Below are positions 36,437 through 49,639 of a stretch of DNA of 58,329 nt, piece by piece. Under the pieces are notes generated by a model. That model worked only from the letters and a program-made list of their open reading frames with translations, had not been told where the DNA came from and made no database searches. Made by a program: the position numbers and the translations under genes. Source of the DNA: Chiloscyllium plagiosum. Lineage: Eukaryota. Position 1 is the first letter of the stretch. Each line of letters starts with the position of its first letter. The DNA lies in the NCBI RefSeq assembly GCF_004010195.1, contig NC_057749.1:22329703-22388031 (forward strand). The letters run 5' to 3'.

Positions 36437-37437
36437 AATAGACAGTAGGTGCAGGAGTAGGCCAATCTGCCCATCGAGCCTGCACCACCATTCAATATGA
36501 TCATTCCTAATCAGTATCCTGTTCCTGCCTTATCTCCATAACCCTTGATTCCACTATCCTTGAGAGCTCTATCCAACTCTTTCTTAAATGAATCCAGAGA
36601 CTGGGCCTCCACTGCCCTCTGGGGCAGAGCATTCCACACAGCCACCACTCTCTGGGTGAAGAAGTTTCTCCTCATCTCTATCCTAAATGGTCTACCCCGT
36701 ATTTTTAAGCTGTGTCCTCTGGTTCGGCACTCATCCATCAGCGGAAACATGTTTCCTGCCTCCAGAGTGTCCAATCCTTTAATAATCTTATATGTCTCAA
36801 TCAGATCCCTTCTCAGTCTTCTAAACCCAAGGGTATACAAGCCCAGTCGCTCCAATCTTTCAACATAAGATAAACCCACCATTCCAGGAATTGACCTCAT
36901 GAACCTACGCTGCACTCCCTCAATAGCCAGAATATCTTTCCTCAAATTTGGAGACCGGAACTGCACATAGTACTCCAGGTGTGGTCTCACCAGGGCCCTG
37001 TACAGCTGCAGAAGAACCTCTTTGCTTCTATACTCAATCCCTCTTGTCGTGAAGGCCAGCATGCTATTAGCCTTCTTCGCTACCTGCAGTACCTGCATGC
37101 TTACCTTCATTGACTGGTGTACAAGAACACCCAGATCTCTCTGTACTGCCCCTTTACCTAAATTGATTCCATTGAGGTAGTAATCTGCCTTCCTGTTCTT
37201 GCCACCAAAGTGGATAACCATACATTTATCCACATTAAACTGCATCTGCCATGCATCTGACCACTCACCTAACCTATCCTAACCTGTTCAGATCACCCTG
37301 TAATCTCCTAACATCCTCATCACATTTCACCCTGCCACCCAGCTTAGTATCATCAGCAAATTTGTTAATGTTATTGCTAATACCATCTTCTATATCATTA
37401 ACATACATTATAAAAAGCTGCGGTCCCAGTACTGACC
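36437..37437 (-). mobile_element. Young CR1 3' kilobase nested in an older CR1 UTR
   Basis: ORF 36511..37245 (244 aa, RT C-terminus) with KFADDTKL upstream. Confidence 0.94.
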
Positions 37438-38029
37438 CTACATACATCTAGTCCCATTTGCTAGCATTTGGCCCATATCCCTCTAAACCCTTCCTATTCC
37501 TATACCTACCCAGGTGCCTTTAAAATGTCGTAATTAAACCAGCCTCCACTTACTCTGATCTATCACTTACTCTGATATAAGTGTCAACCAGACGGAATAA
37601 AGATGACGGGTATCTTTTCTAAAGAAAATGTGTAAATGGCATGGGTTTCTATGACAAATCAAAGATAGTTTCATGATCAAAATAACTGAAAACTAGCCAA
37701 ATATTAAGAGACTTTATTGAGTGAACTGAAATTTCACACGCTGCCGTGATGGGATTAAAACCCACGTCCCAGTACACAAGCCCAGGCGAGTACAAAACAG
37801 CTCCAATGGCGTTACTACTGTGCCACTGTGTCCCATTCAAGTTCACCTTGAGTCAACAAACCCAGTTTCAACAGAAGGTGAAATCTCTTCTCAAGTCTCT
37901 GTACAATACCCTCGAGATTAATAAGTCTCTAAAGGACATGGAAAAAATACTTAGCCGATTCTGAGAATTTGCTCGCAAGCTGCTAATTATTAATATTAAA
38001 AGCACATTCACCACGTCGAAGGAACTTAC

Positions 38030-38146
38030 GGCTTGACAAGCAGCTACCCGCTTTGAGGGAGGACTAAACGCAGTGATCGTTTTATAATCTGTTGACAACT
38101 GGTTTAAGGTAACGTGAGTTGGTACTCGCAGAAATGAAGCCTTTCC
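38030..38146 (-). CDS. ICE2: ICE2 exon, 117 bp, phase 0 to 0
   Basis: ttctctctccag|GGA ... GCC|gtaagt. Encodes GKASFLRVPTHVTLNQLSTDYKTITAFSPPSKRVAACQA; position and phase fit between its neighbours (recalled human LQLSKDDIATI). Confidence 0.88.
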
Positions 38147-38324
38147 CTGGAGAGAGAACACGAGACAGATGCACGGTCAGCAATCACCTTTAATTAATAA
38201 AGGCTAACAAAAACATTTAATGAAAAAAAACCCACAAGACCATCATACTAATTTCCACGAAAAGTACACAAACAGAAGCAGAGTAGACCATCTGGTCCCT
38301 TGAACCTGTCCTGCCATTCAATAA

Positions 38325-38640
38325 GATAATTAGATGCCCTAGTGTGGAAACAGGCCCTTCAGCCCAACAAGTCCACACCAACCGTCCGAAGAGTAACCCA
38401 CCCAGACCCATTTCCTTTTGATTAATGCACCTAATACTACGGGCAATTTAGCATGGCCAATTCATCTGACCTGCACATCTTTGGATTGTGGGAGGAAACC
38501 GGAGCACCCGGAGGAAACCCACGCAGACACGAGGAGAATGTGCAAACTCCACACAGTCATTTGCCCAAGGCGGGAATCGAACCTGGGTCCCTGGCGCTGT
38601 GAGGCAGCAGTCCTAACCGCTAAGCCACTGTGCCGTCCCA
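38325..38640 (-). mobile_element. HE1-like V-SINE
   Basis: Head, V core and tail present. Confidence 0.9.
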
Positions 38641-38706
38641 TAATGGGTCATCTAATTGTGCTTTGAATTTTACGTTCCCTCACTAACCCTCAATCCCCTA
38701 ACAAAT

Positions 38707-39626
38707 AGGTGTTCCGCAAGGATCTGTTTTGGGACCATTGCTGTTTGTCATTTTTATAAATGACCTGGAGGAGGGGCTAGAAGGTTGGGTGAGCAAGTTT
38801 GCGGATGATACGAAAGTCGGAGGAGTTGTAGACAGTGAGGAAGGATGTGGCAGGTTACAGCGGGATATAGATAAGCTGCAGAACTGGGCAGAAAGGTGGC
38901 AAATGGAGTCCAATGTAGCTAAGTGTGAGGTGATTCACTTTGGTAAGAGTAACAAAAATATACTGGGCTAATGGTCGGATACTTGGTAGTGTGGATGAGC
39001 AGAGGGATCTTTGAAAGTTGCCACCTATGGCATACTGGCTTTTATCGGTAGAGGAATTGAGTTCCGGAGTCCTGAGATCATGTTGCAGTTATACAAGACT
39101 CTGGTGCGGCCACACTTGGAGTATTGTGTGCAATTTTGGTCGCCATACTATAGGATGGATGTGGAGGCACTGGAACGGGTGCAGAGGAGGTTTACCAGGA
39201 TGTTGCCTGGTATGGTAGGAAGATCGTATGAGGAAAGGCTGAGGCACCTGGGGTTGTTTTCATTGGAGAAAAGAAGGTTTAGGGGTGACTTGATAGAGGT
39301 GTACAAGATGATTAGGGGTTTAGATAGGGTTGACTGTGAGAACCTTTTTCCACGTATGGAGTCAGCTATTACGAGGGGGCATAGCTTTAAATTAAGGGGT
39401 GGTAGGTATAGGACAGATGTTAGGGGTAGGTTCTTTACTCAGCGAGTCGTGAGTTCATGGAATGCCCTGCCAGTAGCAGTGGTGGACTCTCCCTCTTTAT
39501 GGGCATTTAAACGGGCATTGGATAGGCATATGGAGGATAGTGGGCTAGTGTAGGTTAGGTGGGCTTGGATCGGCGCAACATTGAGGGCCAAAGGGCCTGT
39601 ACTGCGCTGTATTGTTCTATGTTCTA
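38707..39626 (+). mobile_element. Young CR1 3' fragment
   Basis: GVPQGSVLGPLLFVIFINDL...SKFADDTKV, ORF 39011..39553, terminal TTCTATGTTCTA. Confidence 0.94.
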
Positions 39627-40059
39627 AAAAAATGAAAATCCGTCCACCTCTGTCTTAAAACTACTCAATGGCTCTAAGTTCCAAAGTCCCACAATCTTCG
39701 GAGAGCAACGAACTCTCCGTAATTCAGTCCTGAAGGGGCAACCCTGAAGTTTACAAACAGCGCCCCCTACATCTTGACTGACCCACAAGAAGAACCATCG
39801 CTTCCATTCTCACCTGGTCAAGCCTATTCAGGATTTCAGACACATTGAACAATATGTAAAACAATTCTTTCCGAAAGTACACTGCCACAAAGTTTTCACT
39901 TGTCGCATTGCTGCTGCTAGGCCGGCACACCACATGTAGAAATTGGGAGCATTATCCTGCAAATAAGTCCATTGGTGACAGAACTGCCATATTCTGAAAC
40001 ACTGTAGTCTTTGTTCAACATCCTGATCATAAAATCACAAAATAATACAGCATAAGATC

Positions 40060-42280
40060 ACAAGATTTAGGAACAGAATTAGGCCGCTTGGCCAATTCAG
40101 TCTGCTCTGCCTTTCAATCACGGCTGACGTTACGTTGCTCAACCCCATTCTCCTGTAACCTCTGATTCCCCTACCAATCAAGAAGCTGTCTTAAATACAT
40201 TCAATGACCTAGCCCACAACCCTCTGTGGCAATGAGTTCCTCAGATTTACCACCCTTAGGCTGAAGAAATCCTTCCTCATCTCAGTTCTAAAGTGGTCCC
40301 TCCTACCAGTGGAAACATGTTCTCCTCAACCACTCAGTCCAGGCCTCTCAGTATTCGGTAAGTTTCAATGAACTCCCCCCTCATCCTTCTAAACTCCATC
40401 AAATACAGACCTAGAGTCCTTAACCGTTCCTCATAATGACAAGGCTCTCGTCCCCAGGATCATTCTCGAGGACCGCCTCTGGATCCTCTCCAAGACCAGC
40501 ACATCTTTCCTTCGATGTGGTGTCCAGAACAGCTCACTATATTCCAAAGATAGTTTGACCAGCCTCAGCAGTACATTTCTGCTCTTGCATTCATACCCAA
40601 AATGGACACTAACCTTACATTTTCCTTCAGAACTGCCTACTTAACCTACATGTTAACCTTAAGAGAATCCTGAACTCGGACTCCCAAGTCCCTTTGTGTT
40701 CCAGAGTTGTCTTTCCTCATTTAGAAAATAGTCTAAACCTCTCTTCTGCCCAAAGCACATAGCCTCACACTTTCCCACACTGTATTCCATCTGCCACTTC
40801 TTTGCCCTCTCTCGTAGCCTGTCCTAGTCCTTCTGCAGTCTCCTTACCTCCTCCACACTACCTTTGTCATCTGCAAATTTAGCAACAATGCCCTCCGTTC
40901 AAGACCTTTAATGTATAGCGTGAATAATTGTGATCCCGACACTGACCCCTGCCAAACTCCACTACTCATTGATTGCCATCCTGAAAAACACCCCTTTATC
41001 CCCTCTCTCTGCTTTCTGACAGTTAGCCAATCCTCTATCCATGCCAGTACGTTGCCCCAGACACCATGGACTCATCTTATTGAGCAGCCTCCTGTGCGGC
41101 ACCTTTTCAAGCCTCTTCCGAACATGCAAATAGATCACATCTACTGGTTCTTCTTTGTTGAACTTGCTTATTACCTCCTCAAAGAATTTTAGCAGATGCA
41201 TCAGGCATGATCTCCCTTTGACGAAGCTGTGCTGACTCAGCCTTATTTTACCATACTCTTCCAAGTACTTCTCAATCTCATCGTTCATAATGGTGGACTC
41301 TCAAATCATACCAATGATTGAAGTCAGGCTGACCAGCCTATAATTTCCCTTCTTCTGCACCCCTCCCTTCTTAACCAGACTTGTTACATTAGCCATTTTC
41401 CTATCCTCTGGGACCCTCTCTGACACCAGTGATTGCTGAAAGATTGCGGAGGTGTTGGTGACAATCTCCTCAGCTATCTCCTTCAGAGCTCTGGGTGTAG
41501 TCTATATGGCGATTTATCCACCTGCAGGCCTTGAAGCTTCCCCAGCACCACACTTACCTCTGCTCCCGGACTCCGTTGGAATTCTGGTATGCTGCTGCTG
41601 CCTTCCAGTGTGAAATCTGATGTAAAGTACCTATTCAATTCCTCTGTCATCTCTTTGTTTCCCATTCCTTCTTCACCAGCCTCATTTTCCAGTGGTCCAA
41701 TGTTCACCTGTGTCTCTCTCATCTTTTAGATAGCTTAAAAATAAAAGCTCTTCCAGTCTTCATTTACATTACTAACTAGTTTACTGTCATATTTCATTTT
41801 CTGTCCCCTTTCAACTTTTCTTAGTTATCCTCTGCTGGTTTTCAAAAGGCTCCCAATGCTCTAGTTTCCCACTCACCTTCACCACATTGTGTGCTTTCTC
41901 TTTTGTTTTTATGCTGTCCCTGACTTCCCTGGTCAGCCGTGGTTACCCGTAGTTTGTTTCTTCTTCCTTGGGATGAATTCCCGCTGGGCCTCCTGAATTA
42001 CCCCCAGAACCCTCTGCCATTGCTGCTCCACCATCTTCTCTGCTACGCTCCCTTTCCAACTCTGGCCAGCTCCTCACCTCCTGTCTTTGTAGTTACCCTT
42101 ACTCAATTGAAATTGTTACATCTGATTCCAGCTTCTCCCTCCCAAACTGCAGGGTGAATTCTATCATATTATGGTCACTGCCCCCACCCCCGAGTGGTTC
42201 CTACACTTTCACGTCCTAACCAGGTCTGTCTCATTACACATCACCAAACCCAGAATTGCGTCTTCCCTAGTAGGCTTGGT
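40060..42280 (-). mobile_element. Old, degenerate CR1 LINE (~2.2 kb, endonuclease end to 3' UTR)
   Basis: Remnants SQHSFVKGRSCL, EPVDVIYL...KVPHRRLL and NKEMTEELNRYFTS; many indels. Confidence 0.88.
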
Positions 42281-42377
42281 GGAACTATTAATTACCCCGT
42301 TCCCACTTCTTTTTCAATGGTCTGCACAAAAAGTTTGTATCTAATTCTTGAAAGTTACTACCAAATCTGTTTCCACC

Positions 42378-42897
42378 ATGTTCAATTCTGGTTCCCCCTG
42401 TTATAGGAAAGGTGTTAAATCTGAAAGAGTTCAGAAAAGATTTACAAGGATGTTGCCAGGGTTGGAGGGTTTGACCTACAGGGAGAGACTGAACAGGCTG
42501 GGGCCGTATTCCCTGGAGCGTCGGAGGCTGAGGGGTGACCTTATAAAATCATGAAGGGACGGATAGGGTGAATAGCCAAGGTCTTTATCCTAGGATGGGG
42601 AGGCCAAATATAGAGGGCATAGATTTAAGGTGAGAGGGGAAAGATTTAAAAGGGACCCGAGGGATAACATTGTCATGCAGAGGGTGGGTGTGTGTATGGA
42701 ATGAGCTGCCAGAGGAAATGGAGGAGGCTGGTACAATTACAACATTCAAAAGGCATCTGGATGGGTATATGAATGGAAAGGTTTAGGGGGGAGATGCGCC
42801 AAATGCTGGCAAATTGGATTAGATCAGTTTAGGATATCTGATTGGAATGGACAGGTTGGACCGAAGGGTCTGTTTCCATGCTGTATGACTCCATCAC
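42378..42897 (+). mobile_element. CR1 3' fragment
   Basis: ERVQKRFTRMLPGLEGLTYRERLNRLG plus UTR. Confidence 0.88.
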
Positions 42898-43146
42898 TAA
42901 AATCATGTTTCCTCATGATCGCCATCACCATCTCTTTTTCGATGCATTGGCTTTTCATCAATACAACATTCTTTAACATATCCGTTAAACTCAAGCCAAT
43001 TCATAAACCATAAGAACAGTCCTCTACAATCCAGCTGACCTTACACAATCAGACTGCTGCTCTCTCAACATCCCACCCATACGTCGATGGATTTAAAAAC
43101 AAGAGCATGGTCATCAGGTTTCTCATCTCTGGCTCTTTTTGGAAAC

Positions 43147-43491
43147 TTCATTTTATTCTTTCTCGGGCTGTGGGTGTGTCTGGCTAGGATTGTACATATT
43201 GCCTAGAGGACTGTTAAGTGTCAACCACTTGCTGTGGCTCTGGAGTCACATGTCGGCCCAACCAGGTGAGGATGGCAGTTTCCTTCCTGAAGAACATTAG
43301 TGAACTAGATAGGCTTTTCCAACAATCGACAATAGTTTCTATGGTCACCATTAGACTCCCAGTTTCAGATTTTTTCATTGAATTCAAATTCTACCATCCA
43401 CCATGACAGGATTTGAACCTAGGTCCCTGGAAACGTACCAGGATCTCTGGATTAATCGTCTCGTGATAATGCCACTGGCTACTGCCTCCCC
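43147..43491 (-). mobile_element. Second tRNA-derived SINE family (best copy); fragments near 17945, 20140-20400, 26350, 26740, 32670 and 36220
   Basis: Minus strand begins GGGGAGGCAGTAGCCAGTGG and has B box GGTTCAAATCC. The shared body TCACTAATGT...CCTCACCTGG...ACATGTGACTCCAGA recurs in the other copies. Confidence 0.72.
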
Positions 43492-44562
43492 ATGATTAAA
43501 GTTCATGGCTCCACCATCTGCTGTCTCAACTCTTCTTACAGGGTGGTTACCCATTTAAATTCCCCTTGCCAGTCCTTCACTCCAACTGCACTGTTCAATC
43601 CCTTCATAATTTTAAGGTGGCTGGAGGAAGGTTTGGGGAGATGTCAGAGGTAGGTTCTTCACACAGAGTGGTGGGTGTGAGGAATGCACTGCCAGCAGTG
43701 GGAGTAGAGTCAGATACATTAGGGACATTTAAGCGACTCTTGGATAGGCACGTGGATGATAGTAAAATGAAGGGTATGTCGGTTAGCTTGATCTTAGAGT
43801 AGGATAAAAGGTTGGCACAATTTTGAGGACTGAAGGGCCTGTACTTTTGATCTGAGATAAATACCGCCCATTGAATTGCCTGCGCAAACTATTTAAAGAC
43901 CTTCTCTCAAGGGGAAAGTGGAGACTGCATGGGAGAATATCTGAGCAGAACACTGAAAACCATGTCTACAGGCAGGCAAATAGAATGCACTGACGATCAA
44001 CAAATTGTATGGGGTTGATGGTCTCTAATCAACCTTTTCAGAGGTGTTATTACACACCTCTGGAGTAGGTGAGACTTGAACCAGGACCTCACGGCTCAAA
44101 CAATACCACTGCACCAAGATCCCCGACGAGATTGACTGCAATTCTATTTAAATGAACGCGCTTGCTCCTCAATGCCACACACGCGTGCCCAACAAGCTTT
44201 AACCCAATCTCCAGATTCTTTAGGCATGTAGGGATGGTTCGTAACCACTTCGATCCTGAGGACAAGTAAAGACAGAAGTCACGACCCTGGCATTCAGCGA
44301 CAGGAATTATTTTGAGGTGAGGCTTCATTAGAAAACGGGATCAGATCAACTCAGGGTTGGTTGAGGATCGGGCGCACATGTCGCGGGATGGTTGTCTTGC
44401 TTTCTCTCGCTCTGTGCTGCAATCCCTCCGAAAGGTAGAACATTATTGAACAGTTTATTTCTGACTCCTCCATCAAGCCCTCAGCGCTGGGAAGGACAAG
44501 GGAAGCTGCAATAAACATGAACAAAGCATCAAGCACGAGGAGACATTCAGGTCATGGCTTAC

Positions 44563-44697
44563 CAGGCACAGGAGCTTCTTTTCCAGTTGGAGAGCCAGGT
44601 CTGGGATGAATTTACCTCCCATAATGCTGATCGTTTCGGAGACAGTGTAAAGTTCAGGATAACTTTTCACAAGTTCATTCTTTGCCATGATAACCTC
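44563..44697 (-). CDS. ICE2: ICE2 exon, 135 bp, phase 0 to 0
   Basis: tttgcag|GAG ... CTG|gtaagc. Encodes EVIMAKNELVKSYPELYTVSETISIMGGKFIPDLALQLEKKLLCL versus recalled human VKKYSEFYTLHEVTSLMG...LKLEKTLLAL. Confidence 0.93.
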
Positions 44698-44816
44698 CTG
44701 CAAATAAAGTACAAGGGTCAATTTTAGGTATGTGCTCTGCAAATCCCAACAGACCACGGAACACCATGAAGCTGGTTTGGCTTTCACATGTACCCACACA
44801 CCTGCATAAAACTTCA

Positions 44817-45097
44817 GGGCAGCACAGTGGCTCAGTGGTTAGCACTGCTACCTCACAGTGCCAGGGACCCAGGTTCAATCCTAGCTTCAGGGGACTGGGT
44901 GTGTGGAGTTTGCACGTTCTCTATGTGGGTTTCCTCCAGTTTCGCCCCACAGTCCAAAGAGGTGCAGGCGAGGTGGAGTGGCCATGGGAATTGCAGGGTT
45001 ACAGGGATCGTGGGGGTGGGTCTGCGCAAGACGCTCTTTGGAGAGTCAACATAGACTAGATGGAGCAAATGGCCTGTTTTCACACTGTAGGGATTCG
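44817..45097 (+). mobile_element. HE1-like V-SINE, diverged
   Basis: Head GGGCAGCACAGTGGCTCAGTGGTTAGCACTGC, V core and tail. Confidence 0.85.
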
Positions 45098-45544
45098 ATT
45101 ATACTGTTCTGCATTCAAGCATAATCTCCTGACAACCGCAGATTCTGAAGTACCTGCAACAAGTCCTGTGACCTGCGTTTTCAATGTTAAGGTGCCACTA
45201 CTCTGCCCCTCCCACAATATTAGGACGACTTACCTCTGTAAATGGGGGATGCTGATAACAAGGACATTACTGTTAAATCTTTATAACACAAGTTAGAGCT
45301 CAACTGGGGAATGGATGCCAAACATTAGGAAGGATGTAATAACAAAGGAGGGAGTGCAGATGAAATTTAATAGAATAATATCAAAAATGAGAGAATTCAG
45401 TGATATGGACACACAAGGGAAATTTGGGGTTGCTTCCTTGAAGACACTAAGTAATAGGGATTAAATCTCTGAGAAATTCTGATACAGCAATAACTTCTTC
45501 CTCTTCAAAAAAGCATCAGTTTTTAGCTTAGAATCAACCGACTA

Positions 45545-45750
45545 GGAGAAAGTGAGGATGGCAGATGCTGGAGACCAGAGTCAAGAACGTGTTGCTGGAA
45601 AAGCACAGCAGGTCAGGCAGCATCCGAGGAGCAGGAGAATCGACGCTTCGGGCAAAAGCCCTTCATCAGGAATGCCCGAAACATCGACTCCCCTGGCTCC
45701 TCAGATGCTGCCTGACCTGCTGTGCTTTTCCAGCACCACCCTCTCCAGCT
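45545..45750. mobile_element. Fold-back Penelope pLTR dimer
   Basis: Arms 45594-45654 and 45673-45734 are reverse complements centred on the hammerhead core. Confidence 0.85.
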
Positions 45751-46936
45751 TAAAATAAACAACAATACTGGAGGGTATGTTTCTAAGGCAAGAGGAGTAA
45801 AGTTGAAAGGAGATGTGAGGGACAAGTTTTTGTTTTAAACACAGTGACAGGTAAGGTGGAACGTGCTGCCAGGGATGGTGGTGGAGGCAGATAGGGGGCA
45901 TTTAAGGGGCTTTTAAATAATCACGTGAATACGCAAAGAATGGAGGGATTTGGACCACAGGCAGGCAGAAGGGACAAGTTGAACGTGCCGTCATGTTCAG
46001 CACAACATCGTGGGCTGAAGGGCCTGCTCCTGTACTGTACTGTTCTATGTTCGAAGTGAAACAGTGCGAGAAGCAAGTGAGGTGATAGTTGACCCACATA
46101 TAAGGGTGTTTAGATCTGGAACAGGTGTCCTGAAAAGATGGAGGAGTCAGTTTCTATAGCAACTGAACACACACGCAAGGATTAATTTGTAGGGCTATGG
46201 GTAGAAGGTAAGGATGTGGAGCCAAGTGGCTTCCTTTTGTTCAATAACCTTATATGGGGCCACTGGTGTTTGTTTAATAGTACACACCAAGCTAGACATC
46301 AACACTTTAGGGTGAGTTTTAAATCCAAACACAACTAGGCTGAGATTGTTAAGCTGTCAAAAATGTTTAAATTTCAAAGCCAATCTCAATCTTCAATCCT
46401 CACCTCAGAAACAGAACAAGGACTGAGAAACTGTTGGGCCACCAAATCTATCCAAGGCTAAGTTAGATTGGTTTATGATCAACAAGGCAGCCCATACTTA
46501 ATGAAGGTGACAGACAGGAGAATTAAGTTACTGCCACAATCTAAGAGTCACAGAGTCATAAAGCACACAAACAGACCCTTCGGTCCAACTCGTCTGCACC
46601 AGCCAGACATCCCAATCCGACCATGTCCCATTTGGTACATATCCCTCCAAACCCTTCCTATTCATGTACCCATCCAGATGCCTTTTAAATGTTGTAATTG
46701 TACCAGCTTCCACCACTTCCTCTGGCAGGTTCTTCCATACATGCCACACTCTATGAGAAAACGTTCCCCTCAAACCTATGCTCTCTAGTGTTGGACTCCC
46801 CTACCCTGGGAAATAAAACCTTGGCTATTTACCCTATCCATGGCCCCCATGATTTTATAAGCCTCGAAAAGGTCACCCCTAAGTCTCCAGGGAAATAGCC
46901 CCAGCCTATTCAGCCTTTCCCGATGCCACAATCCAT

Positions 46937-47529
46937 AGTTGTACAGCACAGGAACAGAATCTCCTGCAGAATCATTGTCCTGGTTTTCCCTGAGAAAGCT
47001 GGTCTGAACTATGAAGAGTATTTGTAATCTGATATTTGTAATCTGAGAGATGTCTGAAGTTCCTCGGGATTGTTGGGGCAGAGCAAATGTTTGAAGAAGA
47101 TATCAGAAGAATTCCCAAATCCCACTCAACAGGAATTGTGTGGGCACGGGGTGAAGGTTTACTGGAGCTTGAGATAAGCGTGGTTAAATAGCCAGTGGCC
47201 ACTCTATGTACACAATTACCTTTTGGTGATCTGTAGCGAGGAAACTTTACCCAGTGAGAGCTATGACCTTGATGGCATGAAATCGGAATGGTCCAGATTT
47301 AAGGTAGTTAGATAATATTAAAGTTCTATGATTTCCCCCACTTTGAACAGGAGCACCAATCCACTGTTTTGTGATGGATTACTTACATTGAAAGAATGCG
47401 GAAAACTCAGTCCTTGGCAATCTCATATAAAGTGAACAAATTGATGAAATCTGTTGGAAATGGTTACAGGTGAACTTTCCATTCATGCTGGTTTTGATTT
47501 CTGGAAGAAATTCCAAGCCTCTGACTCTG
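46937..47529. repeat. Inverted duplicate of 49069-49639, inserted in a CR1 remnant
   Basis: ORFs 46972..47202(-) and 49310..49666(+) share a near-identical peptide; nucleotide homology extends over ~570-590 bp. Confidence 0.95.
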
Positions 47530-47570
47530 CCATTAGTTGATTGTGAATCTTTTCTGCACCCTTTCAAGTT

Positions 47571-47866
47571 CCAAAACTAGAGGGCATAGGTTTAGGGTGA
47601 GAGGGGAAAGATTTAAAAGGGACCTAAGGGGCAACTTTTTCACGCAGAGGGTGGTGCATGTATGGAATAAGCTGCCAGAGGAAGTGGTGGAGGCTGGTAC
47701 AATGACAACATTTAAAAGGCATCTGGTTGGGTATATGAATAGGGAGGGTTTGGAGGGATAGGGGCCAAATGCTGGCAAATGGGACTAGATTAATTTAGGA
47801 TATTTGATCAGCATGGACACGTTGGTTTGAAGGGTCTGTTTCCGTGCTGTACATCTCTATGACTCT
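47571..47866 (+). mobile_element. CR1 3' end with AAGTT target-site duplication
   Basis: KTRGHRFRVRGERFKRDLRGNFFTQRVV; AAGTT at 47566-47570 and 47867-47871. Confidence 0.87.
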
Positions 47867-48624
47867 AAGTTTAAACACATTCTTCCCATAGAAGGTGACC
47901 AGAACTGTATGCAGTTTACTGAAAGTGGTTCTGTATAGCTGCAACATGACATCCCAGCTCCTATACTCAATGGACTAACCAACGAAGGCAAGCGTACCAA
48001 ATGCCTTCCTCACCACTTTGTCCACTGCAACTCCACTTTCAAGGAACTATGCAGCTGCACCTCTCAGACATGAGCAGGACTCAGGACATAAACAAGAACA
48101 AGATTTTTCTAGTCTATGCCTAAGCAGGAGGGAGAGTGCAATGAAACCAAAAGGTCCATTTTATATTGAGTTAGTTCTGCTTGGGGAACTCCAGCCCAGC
48201 ATCACATCCTGTATTCTGTAGGACGCCCTGGCTTCTCCTGCTGCTGTGAATGACTATGTGTAAGAGGTACCTCTGCCTGGGACAGCTCTAGCTCCAGGTT
48301 TTAGAGACTCAGCTTTAGCCTGGGGCATTGAGGTGCATTCATGAGGCTAACAGCATCATGGATTGTACATTTCAGGACACGGGCACCCTACAAGATCAGG
48401 AGGTGCAAACTGAAAGGGAGAGGGTGACCACAAGAGAAAAGGAGAGAATGCACCCTCAAGTGCATCTCCAATACCCATTCTGGTCATCTCAAAGGCGTCT
48501 CACTTGCAATTAATTTTCGAGCCTTGGAAACTGGTGAAAGTGGCCGGATCCAGGAGGAGGACGAGGAGGAACTGCAAAGGTTAGATAGTTACAAAGAAAT
48601 CCAATGGGGTAATCAGAAGGTATT

Positions 48625-48935
48625 TGATTAGATTAGATTCCCTACAGTGTGGAAACAGGCCCTTCGGCCCAACAGGTCCAAACTGACCCTCCTGAAGAGT
48701 AACTCACCCAGACCCATTTCCCTCTGACTAATGTACCTAACACTACGGGCAATTTAGCATGGCCAATTCACCTGACCCGCACATTTTTGGACGATGGGAG
48801 GAAACCGGAGCACCCGGAGGAAACCCACACAGACACGGGGAGAACGTACAAACTCCACACAGACAGTCGCCCAAGGTGGGAATCGAACCTGGGACCCTGG
48901 CACTGTTACTCAGCAGTGCTAACCACTGTGCCACT
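48625..48935 (-). mobile_element. HE1-like V-SINE
   Basis: (GATTA)n tail, V core and head. Confidence 0.9.
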
Positions 48936-49068
48936 GTTTACACAGTGACTGGAATGTAAATCTCCCAACCAGAGGAGGCAAAACCCTTTCAAAGGGAAAC
49001 TCAATGAATTAAATCAAACAACTTGATAGCTACTGATTAGAATTTGTTGACATCAATGAAACAAATAC

Positions 49069-49639
49069 CAGAATCAGAGGCTTGGAATTTCTTCCAGAGA
49101 TCAAAACCAGCATGAATGGAAGGTTCACTTGTAACCGTTTCCAACAGATTTCATCAATTCACTCACTTTATATTAGATCGCCAAAGACTGATGCAGTTTT
49201 CCTCATTCTTTCAATGTAAGTAATCCATCACAAAACAGTGGATTAGTGCTTCTATTCAAAGTGGGGGAAATCATAGAACTGGGTTCCTTAAATCAGGACC
49301 ATTCTGATTTTGTGCGGTCAAGGTCATAGCTCTCACTGGGTAAAGTTTCCTCACTACAGATCACCAAAAGGTAACTGTGTACAGAGAGTGGCCACTGGCT
49401 ATTTAACCATGCTTATCTCCAGCTCCAGTAAACCTTCACCCAGTGCCCACACAATTCCTGTTGAGTGGGATTTGGGAATTCTTCTGATATCTTCTTCAAA
49501 CCTTTGCTCTGCCCCAACAATCCCGAGGAACTTCAGACATCTCTCAGATTACCAATACTCTTCACAGTTCAGACCAGCTTTCTCAGGGAAAACCAGGACA
49601 ATGATTCAGCAGGAGATTCTGTTCCTGTGCTGTACAACT
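49069..49639. repeat. Probable source copy of the inverted duplication at 46937-47529
   Basis: Reverse-complement homology read directly from the sequence. Confidence 0.93.

Noticed and set aside
48230..48620. CR1 ORF1 remnant
   Set aside because: Only faint resemblance; too decayed to support boundaries without an alignment.
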